This document shows, one piece after another, positions 1-8,044 of a stretch of DNA of 15,805 nt. The notes beneath the pieces are model-generated. The model was not told the origin of the DNA. It worked only from the letters and a program-made list of their open reading frames with translations, and did not search any database. The translations under genes and the position numbers were made by a program. Positions within the stretch are counted from its first letter, which is position 1. Each line of letters begins with the position of its first letter. The stretch is from Bacteroides sp. (GTDB lineage: Bacteria > Bacteroidota > Bacteroidia > G022818785), in NCBI GenBank assembly GCA_022818785.1, contig CP063811.1, positions 363,073-378,877 on the forward strand, written 5' to 3'.

Positions 1-1
1 T

Positions 2-325
2 TATAAAAATGATTTAAAAAATGTATTAATATGTATTGATAATATATTGAAATATACAAAAAATGATATAACAAGATTTATGAATTTTGGTATAAAAATT
101 ATAGAAATTGCCTATAATACAAAAAATACTAAAAGTAAATCAGAAAATTATATTTCATTATATTATTTAGGATCTATCATTAATGATAACATATATATTT
201 ATATCATACAATGTATAACTGAAATAATTAATGATATTAATTCTAATATCAATATTCGTATATTATTAATAAACATATCAGAAAAAATGATAAAAATATT
301 TAATCATAAACAGTCATTACTATAA
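2..325 (+). CDS. holB: C-terminal part of probable DNA polymerase III delta' subunit (5'-truncated by window edge)
   Basis: Frame is open from base 2 (YKNDLKNVLICIDNILKYTK...), so the TTG at 47 is probably not the true start. The tail 'NDITRFMNFGIKII...IINDINSNINIRILLINISEKMIKIF' aligns by eye with the Bacteroidota HolB tail (QKNFLRYG...HIERNANPKILFLDLSL). Highly diverged. Confidence 0.55.
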   Translation, partial: YKNDLKNVLICIDNILKYTKNDITRFMNFGIKIIEIAYNTKNTKSKSENYISLYYLGSIINDNIYIYIIQCITEIINDINSNINIRILLINISEKMIKIFNHKQSLL

Positions 326-1660
326 ATATTTAATTAAAGTTTCTAAGGCCATAGACCTAGAACCTTTAATAAGAATATTATTACCTTTAAAATTATTTTT
401 TGACATAAAATTTATAAAAATAGATTTATTCTTAAAAAAGAATATATTTGAATAATTACATTTTAAATCATAAAAAAAATCACCTATTAAAAAAGATCTC
501 ACATTAATTTTTGATAAAATATTAATTATTAATTTATGATATCTTTCACTAAAAGAGCCTAATTCATTCATATTGCCGAGTATAATTATTTTATTTATAT
601 AATTTTCTTTATAAAAGCTATAAATAGATGATAAAACACTATTTGGATTAGCATTATAAGCATCTAATACAATATTATTATTTTCAGTATTGATTAATTG
701 TGATCTATTATCATTTGATTTATAATTCGTAATTGTGTTATTGATGATTTTATCTGAAATGCAAAAAAAAGTTCCAACTGATATTGTAGCTATAATATTT
801 TCAATATTATAAGATCCCCATAAATTAACTTTTATAGTATTTTTTGCAATATCATTATTTAAATTATTTTTATACCATTCAAATAATTTTATATTATTAA
901 TATATTTCCAATATCCTATTATATTCGTATTATCAATGTAATAACTACCATATATTATTTTTTTTTCATAATATGAAAAATTTTTTATTAAATATTTTAC
1001 ATTATTATTTATAAATAAAAAGCCATTATTATTTATAATGTATTTAAATAATTCTATTTTAGTTAATAAAATATTAAGTTTACTTTTAAAATATTGAATA
1101 TGTGAAATACCAATATTAGTTATTAATCCATATTGAGGATTCACAATATTACATAAGTAGTATATATCATTTTTTTGTTTAGCTCCCATTTCAATTATGC
1201 CAATTTCAGTATTTTTTTTCATTCTAAGAATAGAAAGTGGTACACCAATTTCATTATTATAATTTTTGTAAGATGATATAACCTTGTATTTTGTTTTTAA
1301 AATTTCATATAAAAGATTTTTAGTGCTAGTTTTACCATTACTACCTGTAATAGCTATAATTTTAACTTTAGATAATCTTCTTCTATGTATAAGAGCACAT
1401 TTTTGTAAACAAAGTAAAACATTTTCTACTAAAAAAAAATTATTGTTTTTTATATATATAGAATAATTATCTACTACAGCTATTGCTGCTCCTTTTTTAA
1501 TAGCAATTTCAGCAAATTGATTTCCATCAAATTTTTTCCCTTTTAAAGCAAAAAAAATACATTTATCGTTTATATTTCTACTATCTGTTGATATTGAATT
1601 ATATAATAGATAATAATTATATATTACGTAATCGATTAATTTAATATCTAATTTATGCAT
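320..1660 (-). CDS. murF: UDP-N-acetylmuramoyl-tripeptide--D-alanyl-D-alanine ligase
   Basis: Motifs STDSR, FFALKGKKFDGNQF, P-loop AITGSNGKTSTK, YNNEIGVP, IEMGA, DAYNANP, ILGNMNELG (usually GDMxELG) and KGSR; 446 aa. Confidence 0.96.
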   Translation of the reverse strand: MHKLDIKLIDYVIYNYYLLYNSISTDSRNINDKCIFFALKGKKFDGNQFAEIAIKKGAAIAVVDNYSIYIKNNNFFLVENVLLCLQKCALIHRRRLSKVKIIAITGSNGKTSTKNLLYEILKTKYKVISSYKNYNNEIGVPLSILRMKKNTEIGIIEMGAKQKNDIYYLCNIVNPQYGLITNIGISHIQYFKSKLNILLTKIELFKYIINNNGFLFINNNVKYLIKNFSYYEKKIIYGSYYIDNTNIIGYWKYINNIKLFEWYKNNLNNDIAKNTIKVNLWGSYNIENIIATISVGTFFCISDKIINNTITNYKSNDNRSQLINTENNNIVLDAYNANPNSVLSSIYSFYKENYINKIIILGNMNELGSFSERYHKLIINILSKINVRSFLIGDFFYDLKCNYSNIFFFKNKSIFINFMSKNNFKGNNILIKGSRSMALETLIKYL

Positions 1661-1735
1661 TTTTATTAAAAATAAATTATCTTAATTTTATTATATTTCA
1701 AGCATTTACTGAATTAGAAAAAATATTGTAATAAT

Positions 1736-1766
1736 CAAAATTAATATATAATGTTAATTGATCAAA
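1736..1766 (-). promoter_or_regulatory. Candidate Bacteroidota primary-sigma promoter for murF (-33 TTTG, 19-nt spacer, -7 TAATTTTG)
   Basis: Minus strand reads TTTG at 1766-1763, then 19 nt, then TAATTTTG at 1743-1736. This matches the TTTG-N19-21-TAnnTTTG consensus and lies about 75 nt upstream of the murF ATG. Chance matches are possible in AT-rich DNA. Confidence 0.5.
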
Positions 1767-2965
1767 TTAGAAAGTTGTCTGATAAATTATTTCAAGAAAC
1801 TATTTGTAATCGCAGACATATACATTCAAATCCAGAACTTTCATTTAAAGAATATAATACTCAAAAATTTATATTACAATATTTAAATAAAAATAGAATT
1901 AAAAATAATAAAATAACTAATACAGGAGTATATGGTTATATAGAAGGAAATAAAAGCATTAAAAATAATAAAAATATATTATTAAGAGCAGATATGGATG
2001 CTCTTCCAATTAATGAATTAAATAATGTAAAATATAAATCACAAAATAATGGAATCATGCACGCATGTGGACATGATGTTCATGTTGCTTCTTTATTAAC
2101 AACATTAAAAATAATTAATAATTTAAAAGATAATTTTTCTGGAACTGTTAGATTTGTATTTCAACCAGGAGAAGAAAAATATCCAGGGGGGGCAAGTAAA
2201 ATAGTGAAAAGTGCAATATTTAAAAAAACAAAATTTGATTATGTATTGGGACAACATGTTTTTCCTTTTTTAGATGCAGGTAGTGTAGGTTTTAAATTAG
2301 GGAAATATATGGCAAGTTCAGATGAAATTTATATAACAATTAAAGGGGTGGGTGGTCATGCAGCAACTCCACATTTAAATATAGACCCTATTATAATAGG
2401 GTCACATATAATTATTGGATTACAACAAATAATAAGTCGTAATAATGATCCAAGAGTTCCCAGCGTTTTATCTTTTGGTACATTTCATGCAAGTGGATCT
2501 AATAATGTAATTCCTTCTATCGTTACTATAGAAGGTACATTTAGAACATTTAATGAAAAATGGAGATATGAAGCACATAATATTATGAAAAAAATGGTAA
2601 ATGGTATAGCAAAATCTATGGGAGGAAATTGTAACTTTATAATAAAAAAAGGATATCCATTATTAGTAAATGATATTGAATTTACTAATAGTGTTATGTC
2701 AATTGCAAAACAATATTTAGGAAATAACAAAGTAGAAGAAATTGATATATGGATGGGATCAGAAGATTTTGCTTTTTATACTCAAAATATAAAAGGATGT
2801 TTTTATAGATTAGGCACAAGAAATACAAAAAAAAATATTATTTACCCAGTTCATACTCCATTTTTTGACATAGATGAAAATGCATTAAATATAGGCGCTG
2901 GATTAATGGCATATATAGCTATTACTAAACTAATGAATAATCAATCATTATCAATTTGTAATTGA
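1751..2965 (+). CDS. M20D-family metallo-amidohydrolase (ACY1-like; YxeP/HipO/ILR1/N-acetyl-DAP deacetylase group)
   Basis: RRHIHSNPELSFKE, LRADMDALPI, MHACGHDVH, FQPGEE, GQHV, GGHAATPH, GSEDF and VHTPFF: complete M20D metal-ligand set. Confidence 0.93.
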   Translation: MLIDQIRKLSDKLFQETICNRRHIHSNPELSFKEYNTQKFILQYLNKNRIKNNKITNTGVYGYIEGNKSIKNNKNILLRADMDALPINELNNVKYKSQNNGIMHACGHDVHVASLLTTLKIINNLKDNFSGTVRFVFQPGEEKYPGGASKIVKSAIFKKTKFDYVLGQHVFPFLDAGSVGFKLGKYMASSDEIYITIKGVGGHAATPHLNIDPIIIGSHIIIGLQQIISRNNDPRVPSVLSFGTFHASGSNNVIPSIVTIEGTFRTFNEKWRYEAHNIMKKMVNGIAKSMGGNCNFIIKKGYPLLVNDIEFTNSVMSIAKQYLGNNKVEEIDIWMGSEDFAFYTQNIKGCFYRLGTRNTKKNIIYPVHTPFFDIDENALNIGAGLMAYIAITKLMNNQSLSICN

Positions 2966-5562
2966 TAATGATTGATCTTTTCAGATATATCAGAATATTT
3001 TTTTTTCTCTTTTATTATTATATTGTCAGGTGCTTTTTTTAAAAAAAGTTCATTACTAAGCTTTTTTTTTATTGATTCTTTATATTTTATTAAAATATTG
3101 ATTTTTTTGTACAAAAAATCTATATTTTTTATATTATCAATTTTATTTTTTTTGGATAAATCTATATATATTTTATCATTTTTTATCATCAAACATTCAT
3201 TATATTTTTTTGAATCATCATTATAAAATACATTATTTATATTTTGAATAAAAATTTTTATTATACTTATATATTTTTTATAAAAAATAATATTTAAACT
3301 TTTTATATTTATATCTAATCTATCATTAGATGATATATTATATTTAATTTTAAAATTTCTTAGTTTATTTAATAAATCATATACATTTTTCATATCATTT
3401 ATAATAGCATTATTAATATTTGAATATGATTGAGGATAATTAGATGTAATTAATGGGTTTAATAAATTTTTATTATCACCAATTTTGTGCCATATTTCTT
3501 CTGTAATGAAAGGGATATATGGATGCAGCATTTTTAATAATATTTTTAAATATTTAATTGTTATGGTATAGTACCTATATTGTTTTTTTGTATAAAATTT
3601 TATTATTTCCAAATAAAAAGAACAAAAGTCTTCCTTATAAATTTTGTATAACAATACAAATGATTTAGATAAATCATTGTCATTTTGATAAATTTGATTT
3701 AAATCAATAATTGTTTTGTTAATTTTACTATTAAACCAATGTATTATTTTTAAAGAATCTATATGATATTCATCTTTTTTATCACTTTTTAGGCTCTCAA
3801 TTAAAATAACTGAATTCCATATTTTATTTATGAAGGAATAAGCTTGTAAACAATATGATTCTTCAAACATAATATCATTATTGTTTTTAGATAAAAAAAA
3901 TATACTTGCTCTAATACTATCTGCTCCATATTTTTCTATTAATTTATTAATATCAGGTGAATTTCCCAATGATTTTGACATTTTTTTCCCCCTTTTGTCA
4001 CGTACAGTTCCTGTTATATATATCTTTTTAAAAGGTACTTCTTGACAGAAATATAATCCTGCAATAATCATTCTAATAATCCAAAAAAATAGTATCTCTG
4101 GAGATGTAATGATTATATTTGTAGGGTAATAATATTGAAAATCTTTTTTACTAAAAATTTTTATTGGCCATAACCAAGATGAAAACCATGTATCCAATAC
4201 ATCTTTATCTTGTTCTATATTATTTTCATTAACATCAATATTATATTGTATTTTAAATAAATTAATAGCTTGATGTGAATTTTTAGCTGCTACTATAAAT
4301 TTTTTTTGATTTTTTAAATACCAGATAGGTATTCTATGTCCCCACCATAATTGTCTAGAAATACACCAATCTTGAATATTATTTAACCAATTTTTATAAA
4401 CATTAACATATTTTTGGGGATATATCGTAATTCTATTATTATCTAACAATGTAGAACATAATGAAGATAAATATTTCATTTTAACAAACCATTGTTTAGT
4501 AATCATCGGTTCAACAATAGTATTAGTTCTTTTGGATATTTTTTTAAAAGTTTTATAATTTTCTATTTTAATTATATGACCATTTTTAATAAGTAAATCC
4601 ACAATGGTTTTTCTAGCAATAAATCTATTTAATCCATTTAAAGGCTCATATGTATCATTTAAAGTTCCATTTTTATTTAATATATTTTTAACTGGCAAAT
4701 TATGTCTTTTAGCTATTTCATAATCATTAAAATCATGTGCAGGTGTTATTTTAACATATCCACTTCCAAATTTAGAAGATATACTATGATCACATATAAT
4801 AGGTATTTTTGTATTAATTAATGGTATCAACGCATAATTATCTTTTATGGTAGGATAAATCTTATTATCAATAAATGTACATATAGCAACATCTCCTATA
4901 ATTGTTTCAGGTCTAGATGTAGCTACTATTATATATTTATTAGAATGTAATAAGTTATATTTAATATAATATAATTTATTTACACATGGTTCTTGAATAA
5001 TTTCTTCATCAGATACTGTATTTAAAGATTTAGTATCCCAATAGACCATTTTATAATCTTGATATATAAATTTATTATTATATAAATGAATAAAAGCATC
5101 CTGTACATCATTATAATATTTTTCATCCATTGTAAAACATAACCTATCCCAATCACAGGATACACCTAATTTTTTTATTTGATTTAATATAATATTTCCA
5201 TATTGCTCTTTCCATTCATATACATATTTGATAAATTTTTCACGACCAATAATATCTTTATATATATTTTTATCTTTTAAAGATTGCATAACTTTTACTT
5301 CTGTAGATATTGAAGCATGATCTATACCAGGTATTAAACATACATTATGTCCTTTCATTCTATTTAAACGTATCAATACATCATGAATCGTAACATTTAA
5401 TACATGCCCCATATGTAAAACACCTGTTATATTAGGAGGGGGCATAGCAATTGTGTATGGTATTTTATTATTTGGAATAGATTTAAATAAATTATTATTG
5501 ATCCAATATTTATACCAAAAATTTTCTATTAATTTATGATCGTACAATTTATTAATATTCAT
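2941..5562 (-). CDS. valS: Valine--tRNA ligase
   Basis: PPPNITGVLHMGH (HIGH), GIDHASI, DWCISRQLWWGHRIP, DVLDTWFSSWLWP, KMSKS and the C-terminal coiled coil KKLSNELFLKKAP. The ATG at 5562 (MNINKLYD..WYKYW) matches typical homolog N-termini; an alternative ATG at 5592 overlaps nuoI. Confidence 0.97.
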   Translation of the reverse strand: MNINKLYDHKLIENFWYKYWINNNLFKSIPNNKIPYTIAMPPPNITGVLHMGHVLNVTIHDVLIRLNRMKGHNVCLIPGIDHASISTEVKVMQSLKDKNIYKDIIGREKFIKYVYEWKEQYGNIILNQIKKLGVSCDWDRLCFTMDEKYYNDVQDAFIHLYNNKFIYQDYKMVYWDTKSLNTVSDEEIIQEPCVNKLYYIKYNLLHSNKYIIVATSRPETIIGDVAICTFIDNKIYPTIKDNYALIPLINTKIPIICDHSISSKFGSGYVKITPAHDFNDYEIAKRHNLPVKNILNKNGTLNDTYEPLNGLNRFIARKTIVDLLIKNGHIIKIENYKTFKKISKRTNTIVEPMITKQWFVKMKYLSSLCSTLLDNNRITIYPQKYVNVYKNWLNNIQDWCISRQLWWGHRIPIWYLKNQKKFIVAAKNSHQAINLFKIQYNIDVNENNIEQDKDVLDTWFSSWLWPIKIFSKKDFQYYYPTNIIITSPEILFFWIIRMIIAGLYFCQEVPFKKIYITGTVRDKRGKKMSKSLGNSPDINKLIEKYGADSIRASIFFLSKNNNDIMFEESYCLQAYSFINKIWNSVILIESLKSDKKDEYHIDSLKIIHWFNSKINKTIIDLNQIYQNDNDLSKSFVLLYKIYKEDFCSFYLEIIKFYTKKQYRYYTITIKYLKILLKMLHPYIPFITEEIWHKIGDNKNLLNPLITSNYPQSYSNINNAIINDMKNVYDLLNKLRNFKIKYNISSNDRLDINIKSLNIIFYKKYISIIKIFIQNINNVFYNDDSKKYNECLMIKNDKIYIDLSKKNKIDNIKNIDFLYKKINILIKYKESIKKKLSNELFLKKAPDNIIIKEKKKYSDISEKINHYQLQIDND

Positions 5563-5578
5563 ATTTTGTTTCAACAAA

Positions 5579-6037
5579 TTAAGTATTATCATTTTTAAAT
5601 TGATATTTCATCTGTTTTATTTTATCAGTATTGACACTGTAACTATTATTCATACTAATACATTTAGTAGGACATATTTCATCACATAATCCGCAATACA
5701 TACATTTATTCATATCAATTTCAAAATTAGATGCATAAAAAACCCTTCTAAAACCATTAGAAGTATTATCTAATTTTGTTTTAGCTTTTATTCTAGTAAT
5801 ACTAATACATTTAGTAGGACATATTTTTAAACACAATTGACATAATATACAATTATTCATATTAATTTTAATATCATATTTACCATTTTTAGGTATTAAT
5901 GGCTTAAAATATGGATATAATAAAGTATAATTTGTATTGATCTTAAAAAGATTAATATTTATACTTTTTTGTAAAAAAAATTTAATTGATTCTATAATAG
6001 AAAAAATAATATTTATAATATTTTTCATAAAAATCAT
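5579..6037 (-). CDS. nuoI: NADH-quinone oxidoreductase subunit I (2x[4Fe-4S])
   Basis: CILCQLCLKICP and CMYCGLCDEICP ferredoxin motifs, TLLYP, FEIDMNKC; directly follows nuoH. Start reassigned from 6103 to the ATG at 6037, which forms an ATGA overlap with the nuoH stop (6028 is also possible). Confidence 0.9.
   Translation of the reverse strand: MIFMKNIINIIFSIIESIKFFLQKSININLFKINTNYTLLYPYFKPLIPKNGKYDIKINMNNCILCQLCLKICPTKCISITRIKAKTKLDNTSNGFRRVFYASNFEIDMNKCMYCGLCDEICPTKCISMNNSYSVNTDKIKQMKYQFKNDNT
5652..5826. repeat. Perfect 28-bp direct repeat ATACTAATACATTTAGTAGGACATATTT at 5652-5679 and 5799-5826
   Basis: Read directly from the sequence; offset 147 bp (49 codons); both copies encode ICPTKCIS in nuoI. 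Confidence 0.95.
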
Positions 6038-7074
6038 AAAATAACCAATATAAAAGATATTATTACACATAAAAATGAGATAGGTATTAATATATTCCAA
6101 CATATATACATAGATTGATCTATACGTAATCTAGGCATACTCCACCTGATAAATATAATAATAATTATTATTATCAATGATTTCAAATTTATCCAAAAAA
6201 AATCAAAAAAGTAATTATTAATATTTTGTAAAAAATTTTTTCTAATGAAAGGGCTATTCCATCCTCCAAAAAATAAAATAGACATTAATAATGAAAATAA
6301 TAGCATTAGAGCATATTCTGATAAAAACATTATACCCCATTTTATACCACCATATTCTGTATAAATTCCAGCTACCAACTCAGACTCTGCTTCATATAAA
6401 TCAAACGGTGTTCTATTTGATAGAGCTAATGAAGAAATAAAAAATATTATAAATGATATTATCAAATGTGGATAATGTATTATATTCCAATATATAATTC
6501 CATTGTCTATATAACTATTCAATATTGGATTGTCTTGTTTAATTATACTGCTTTGCAATATACATATGGTTTGTAAGTTGTATGTTTGATTAATTATAAT
6601 GACAGAAATACTAGATAATATAATAGATATTTCATAAGAAATATAATTTAATAACATTCTAATAGAACCTATTATGGAAAAATGATTATTGGAACTAATA
6701 CCTGCCATTAATAAAGCATAAACTTTAACACCAATCATTGCATATATATAGATAATTCCATAATCAGAATAATTATTCTTAATTTGAAATATAAAAGGTA
6801 TTTCGATAAAACACATATATACTGAGAAAAAAACAATTGCAGGTGCTATAAAATAATTTATTTTATATGATAATTGAGGTGTTATATTAACTTTTTGTAA
6901 AAGTTTAATTATATCTGCAATAGGTTGTGTTATACCATAAATACCTGTTTCTAATGGCCCATGTCTATCTTGAATTTTAGCTGATATTTTACGTTCTAAA
7001 TATATTATATACATTACTGATATTATAATATATATTAATATATTAAAAGAGTATACAATATTATATATTTTCAC
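6034..7074 (-). CDS. nuoH: NADH-quinone oxidoreductase subunit H
   Basis: ERKISAKIQDRHGP, QPIADIIKLLQK, SSNN..SIIGSIR, ISYE, NRTPFDLYEAESELVAG..TEY and RWSMPRLRIDQ; GTG start, TGA stop. Confidence 0.96.
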   Translation of the reverse strand: MKIYNIVYSFNILIYIIISVMYIIYLERKISAKIQDRHGPLETGIYGITQPIADIIKLLQKVNITPQLSYKINYFIAPAIVFFSVYMCFIEIPFIFQIKNNYSDYGIIYIYAMIGVKVYALLMAGISSNNHFSIIGSIRMLLNYISYEISIILSSISVIIINQTYNLQTICILQSSIIKQDNPILNSYIDNGIIYWNIIHYPHLIISFIIFFISSLALSNRTPFDLYEAESELVAGIYTEYGGIKWGIMFLSEYALMLLFSLLMSILFFGGWNSPFIRKNFLQNINNYFFDFFWINLKSLIIIIIIIFIRWSMPRLRIDQSMYICWNILIPISFLCVIISFILVIL

Positions 7075-7665
7075 TTATTCTTTTATTTTAATATGGTCAA
7101 AACTATATAATTTATAATATTCTATAATTTTTATTAAAATAATAGCATAATTACTATCTGTAGCATATCCTGATTTTTGTAATTCATAAGACCATTTTTT
7201 ATAATCAATAATATTGTATGTAAATAATTTACTATATCTTGCTTTTTGTAAAAAAATAGAATGATCTCTATACGAATGAAAAATATTTTCATATACTCTA
7301 AATGATTCATTGGCTATATCATCATTATGTTTAATTATATTTCCATTCCAATTATTACCGCATTTGATTCCAAAATGATTTTTGGCATGTTGAGCAAGTT
7401 TACTATTTCCGCTTGCAGATTCATGAATAGCTTGAGCTAATTTAACACTAGCTGGTATATTATAGTAATGCATTTCTTTAACAGCATAGTACTGATATAT
7501 TTGTATATATTCCTTAGCAGAAATTCTATTGATAGAATCATCATGATTATGTTTTTCTTTTATTGAGCAAGTATAAGTATTATTGACAATAATTTTATTT
7601 TTACTACATCCACTTATATTTGTTAAACACAAAATCATAATTATTAACATTTTGACATTTAACAT
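7075..7665 (-). CDS. GH73 glucosaminidase-domain peptidoglycan hydrolase (FlgJ/LytG-like), predicted lipoprotein
   Basis: IPASVKLAQAIHES (catalytic Glu), NHFGIKC, FRVY, SYRDHS.FL...RY..LF and GYATD. N-terminal hydrophobic stretch with lipobox ISGC (Cys20); no LysM tail. Confidence 0.9.
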   Translation of the reverse strand: MLNVKMLIIMILCLTNISGCSKNKIIVNNTYTCSIKEKHNHDDSINRISAKEYIQIYQYYAVKEMHYYNIPASVKLAQAIHESASGNSKLAQHAKNHFGIKCGNNWNGNIIKHNDDIANESFRVYENIFHSYRDHSIFLQKARYSKLFTYNIIDYKKWSYELQKSGYATDSNYAIILIKIIEYYKLYSFDHIKIKE

Positions 7666-7714
7666 AAAAAATCAATTTAATTTAAATAAATAATTACTGT
7701 AATTTAGTTAATAA

Positions 7715-7737
7715 ATATGATATATGATATATGATAT
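7715..7737 (+). repeat. Tandem heptamer (ATGATAT)x3 spanning the nuoK start
   Basis: Copies at 7717-7723, 7724-7730 and 7731-7737; the 7-nt period extends back to 7715. Confidence 0.9.
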
Positions 7738-8044
7738 TATAACTAGCTTATTTATATTTTTATGTGGATTTTTGATGTTTCTTAGTAAGAAACATATAAT
7801 ACACATTATAATAGGAATTGAATTAATGATAAGTGCATCAATATATAATATTATAACATCAAGTTATAATTATCCTATTATTAATTATAATGGACATACT
7901 ATAGTATTATTGATAATGTCTATTAAAATTATTGATATAATTATAATTATTTTAATGATGATTTATATAATTAATAATTATGAATACAAGCATTATAATA
8001 ATTTAATTTTTTCAAAAAAAAAATATAAAATATATGATAATTAA
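7724..8044 (+). CDS. nuoK: NADH-quinone oxidoreductase subunit K
   Basis: 106 aa with three hydrophobic segments and GIELM (conserved TM2 Glu). GHTIVLLIMSIKIID aligns to GQVMYILAISLAAAE; lies directly before nuoL. Confidence 0.85.
   Translation: MIYDIITSLFIFLCGFLMFLSKKHIIHIIIGIELMISASIYNIITSSYNYPIINYNGHTIVLLIMSIKIIDIIIIILMMIYIINNYEYKHYNNLIFSKKKYKIYDN

Noticed and set aside
1284-1466. 60-aa plus-strand ORF
   Set aside because: Antisense shadow of murF with no motifs.
2186-2192. G7 tract in the amidohydrolase as a phase-variation site
   Set aside because: It encodes the conserved PGGA motif, is short, and similar G6 runs occur at Gly-Gly codons in murB and recA.
2485-2730. 81-aa minus-strand ORF
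   Set aside because: Antisense shadow inside the M20 amidohydrolase.
2972-3226. 84-aa Phe-rich ORF resembling a membrane protein (considered as a nuoJ remnant)
   Set aside because: Its hydrophobicity is just the reverse complement of Lys/Asn-rich valS codons; no NuoJ motif.
4720-4925. Possible loss of ValRS editing (ATSRPET, GSG instead of GTG, eroded VHP.D.RY)
   Set aside because: Core editing-site residues (R of RPET; K, T and both Asp of KITPAHDFND) are retained, so error-prone editing is not supported.
6038-6103. N-terminal extension of nuoI in the ORF track
   Set aside because: It would overlap the last nuoH helix by 70 nt; the ATG at 6037 gives a standard ATGA coupling.
7615-7622. 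TATATTTG -7 box about 100 nt upstream of nuoK
   Set aside because: No -33 element at proper spacing, and lone matches are expected by chance at this base composition.
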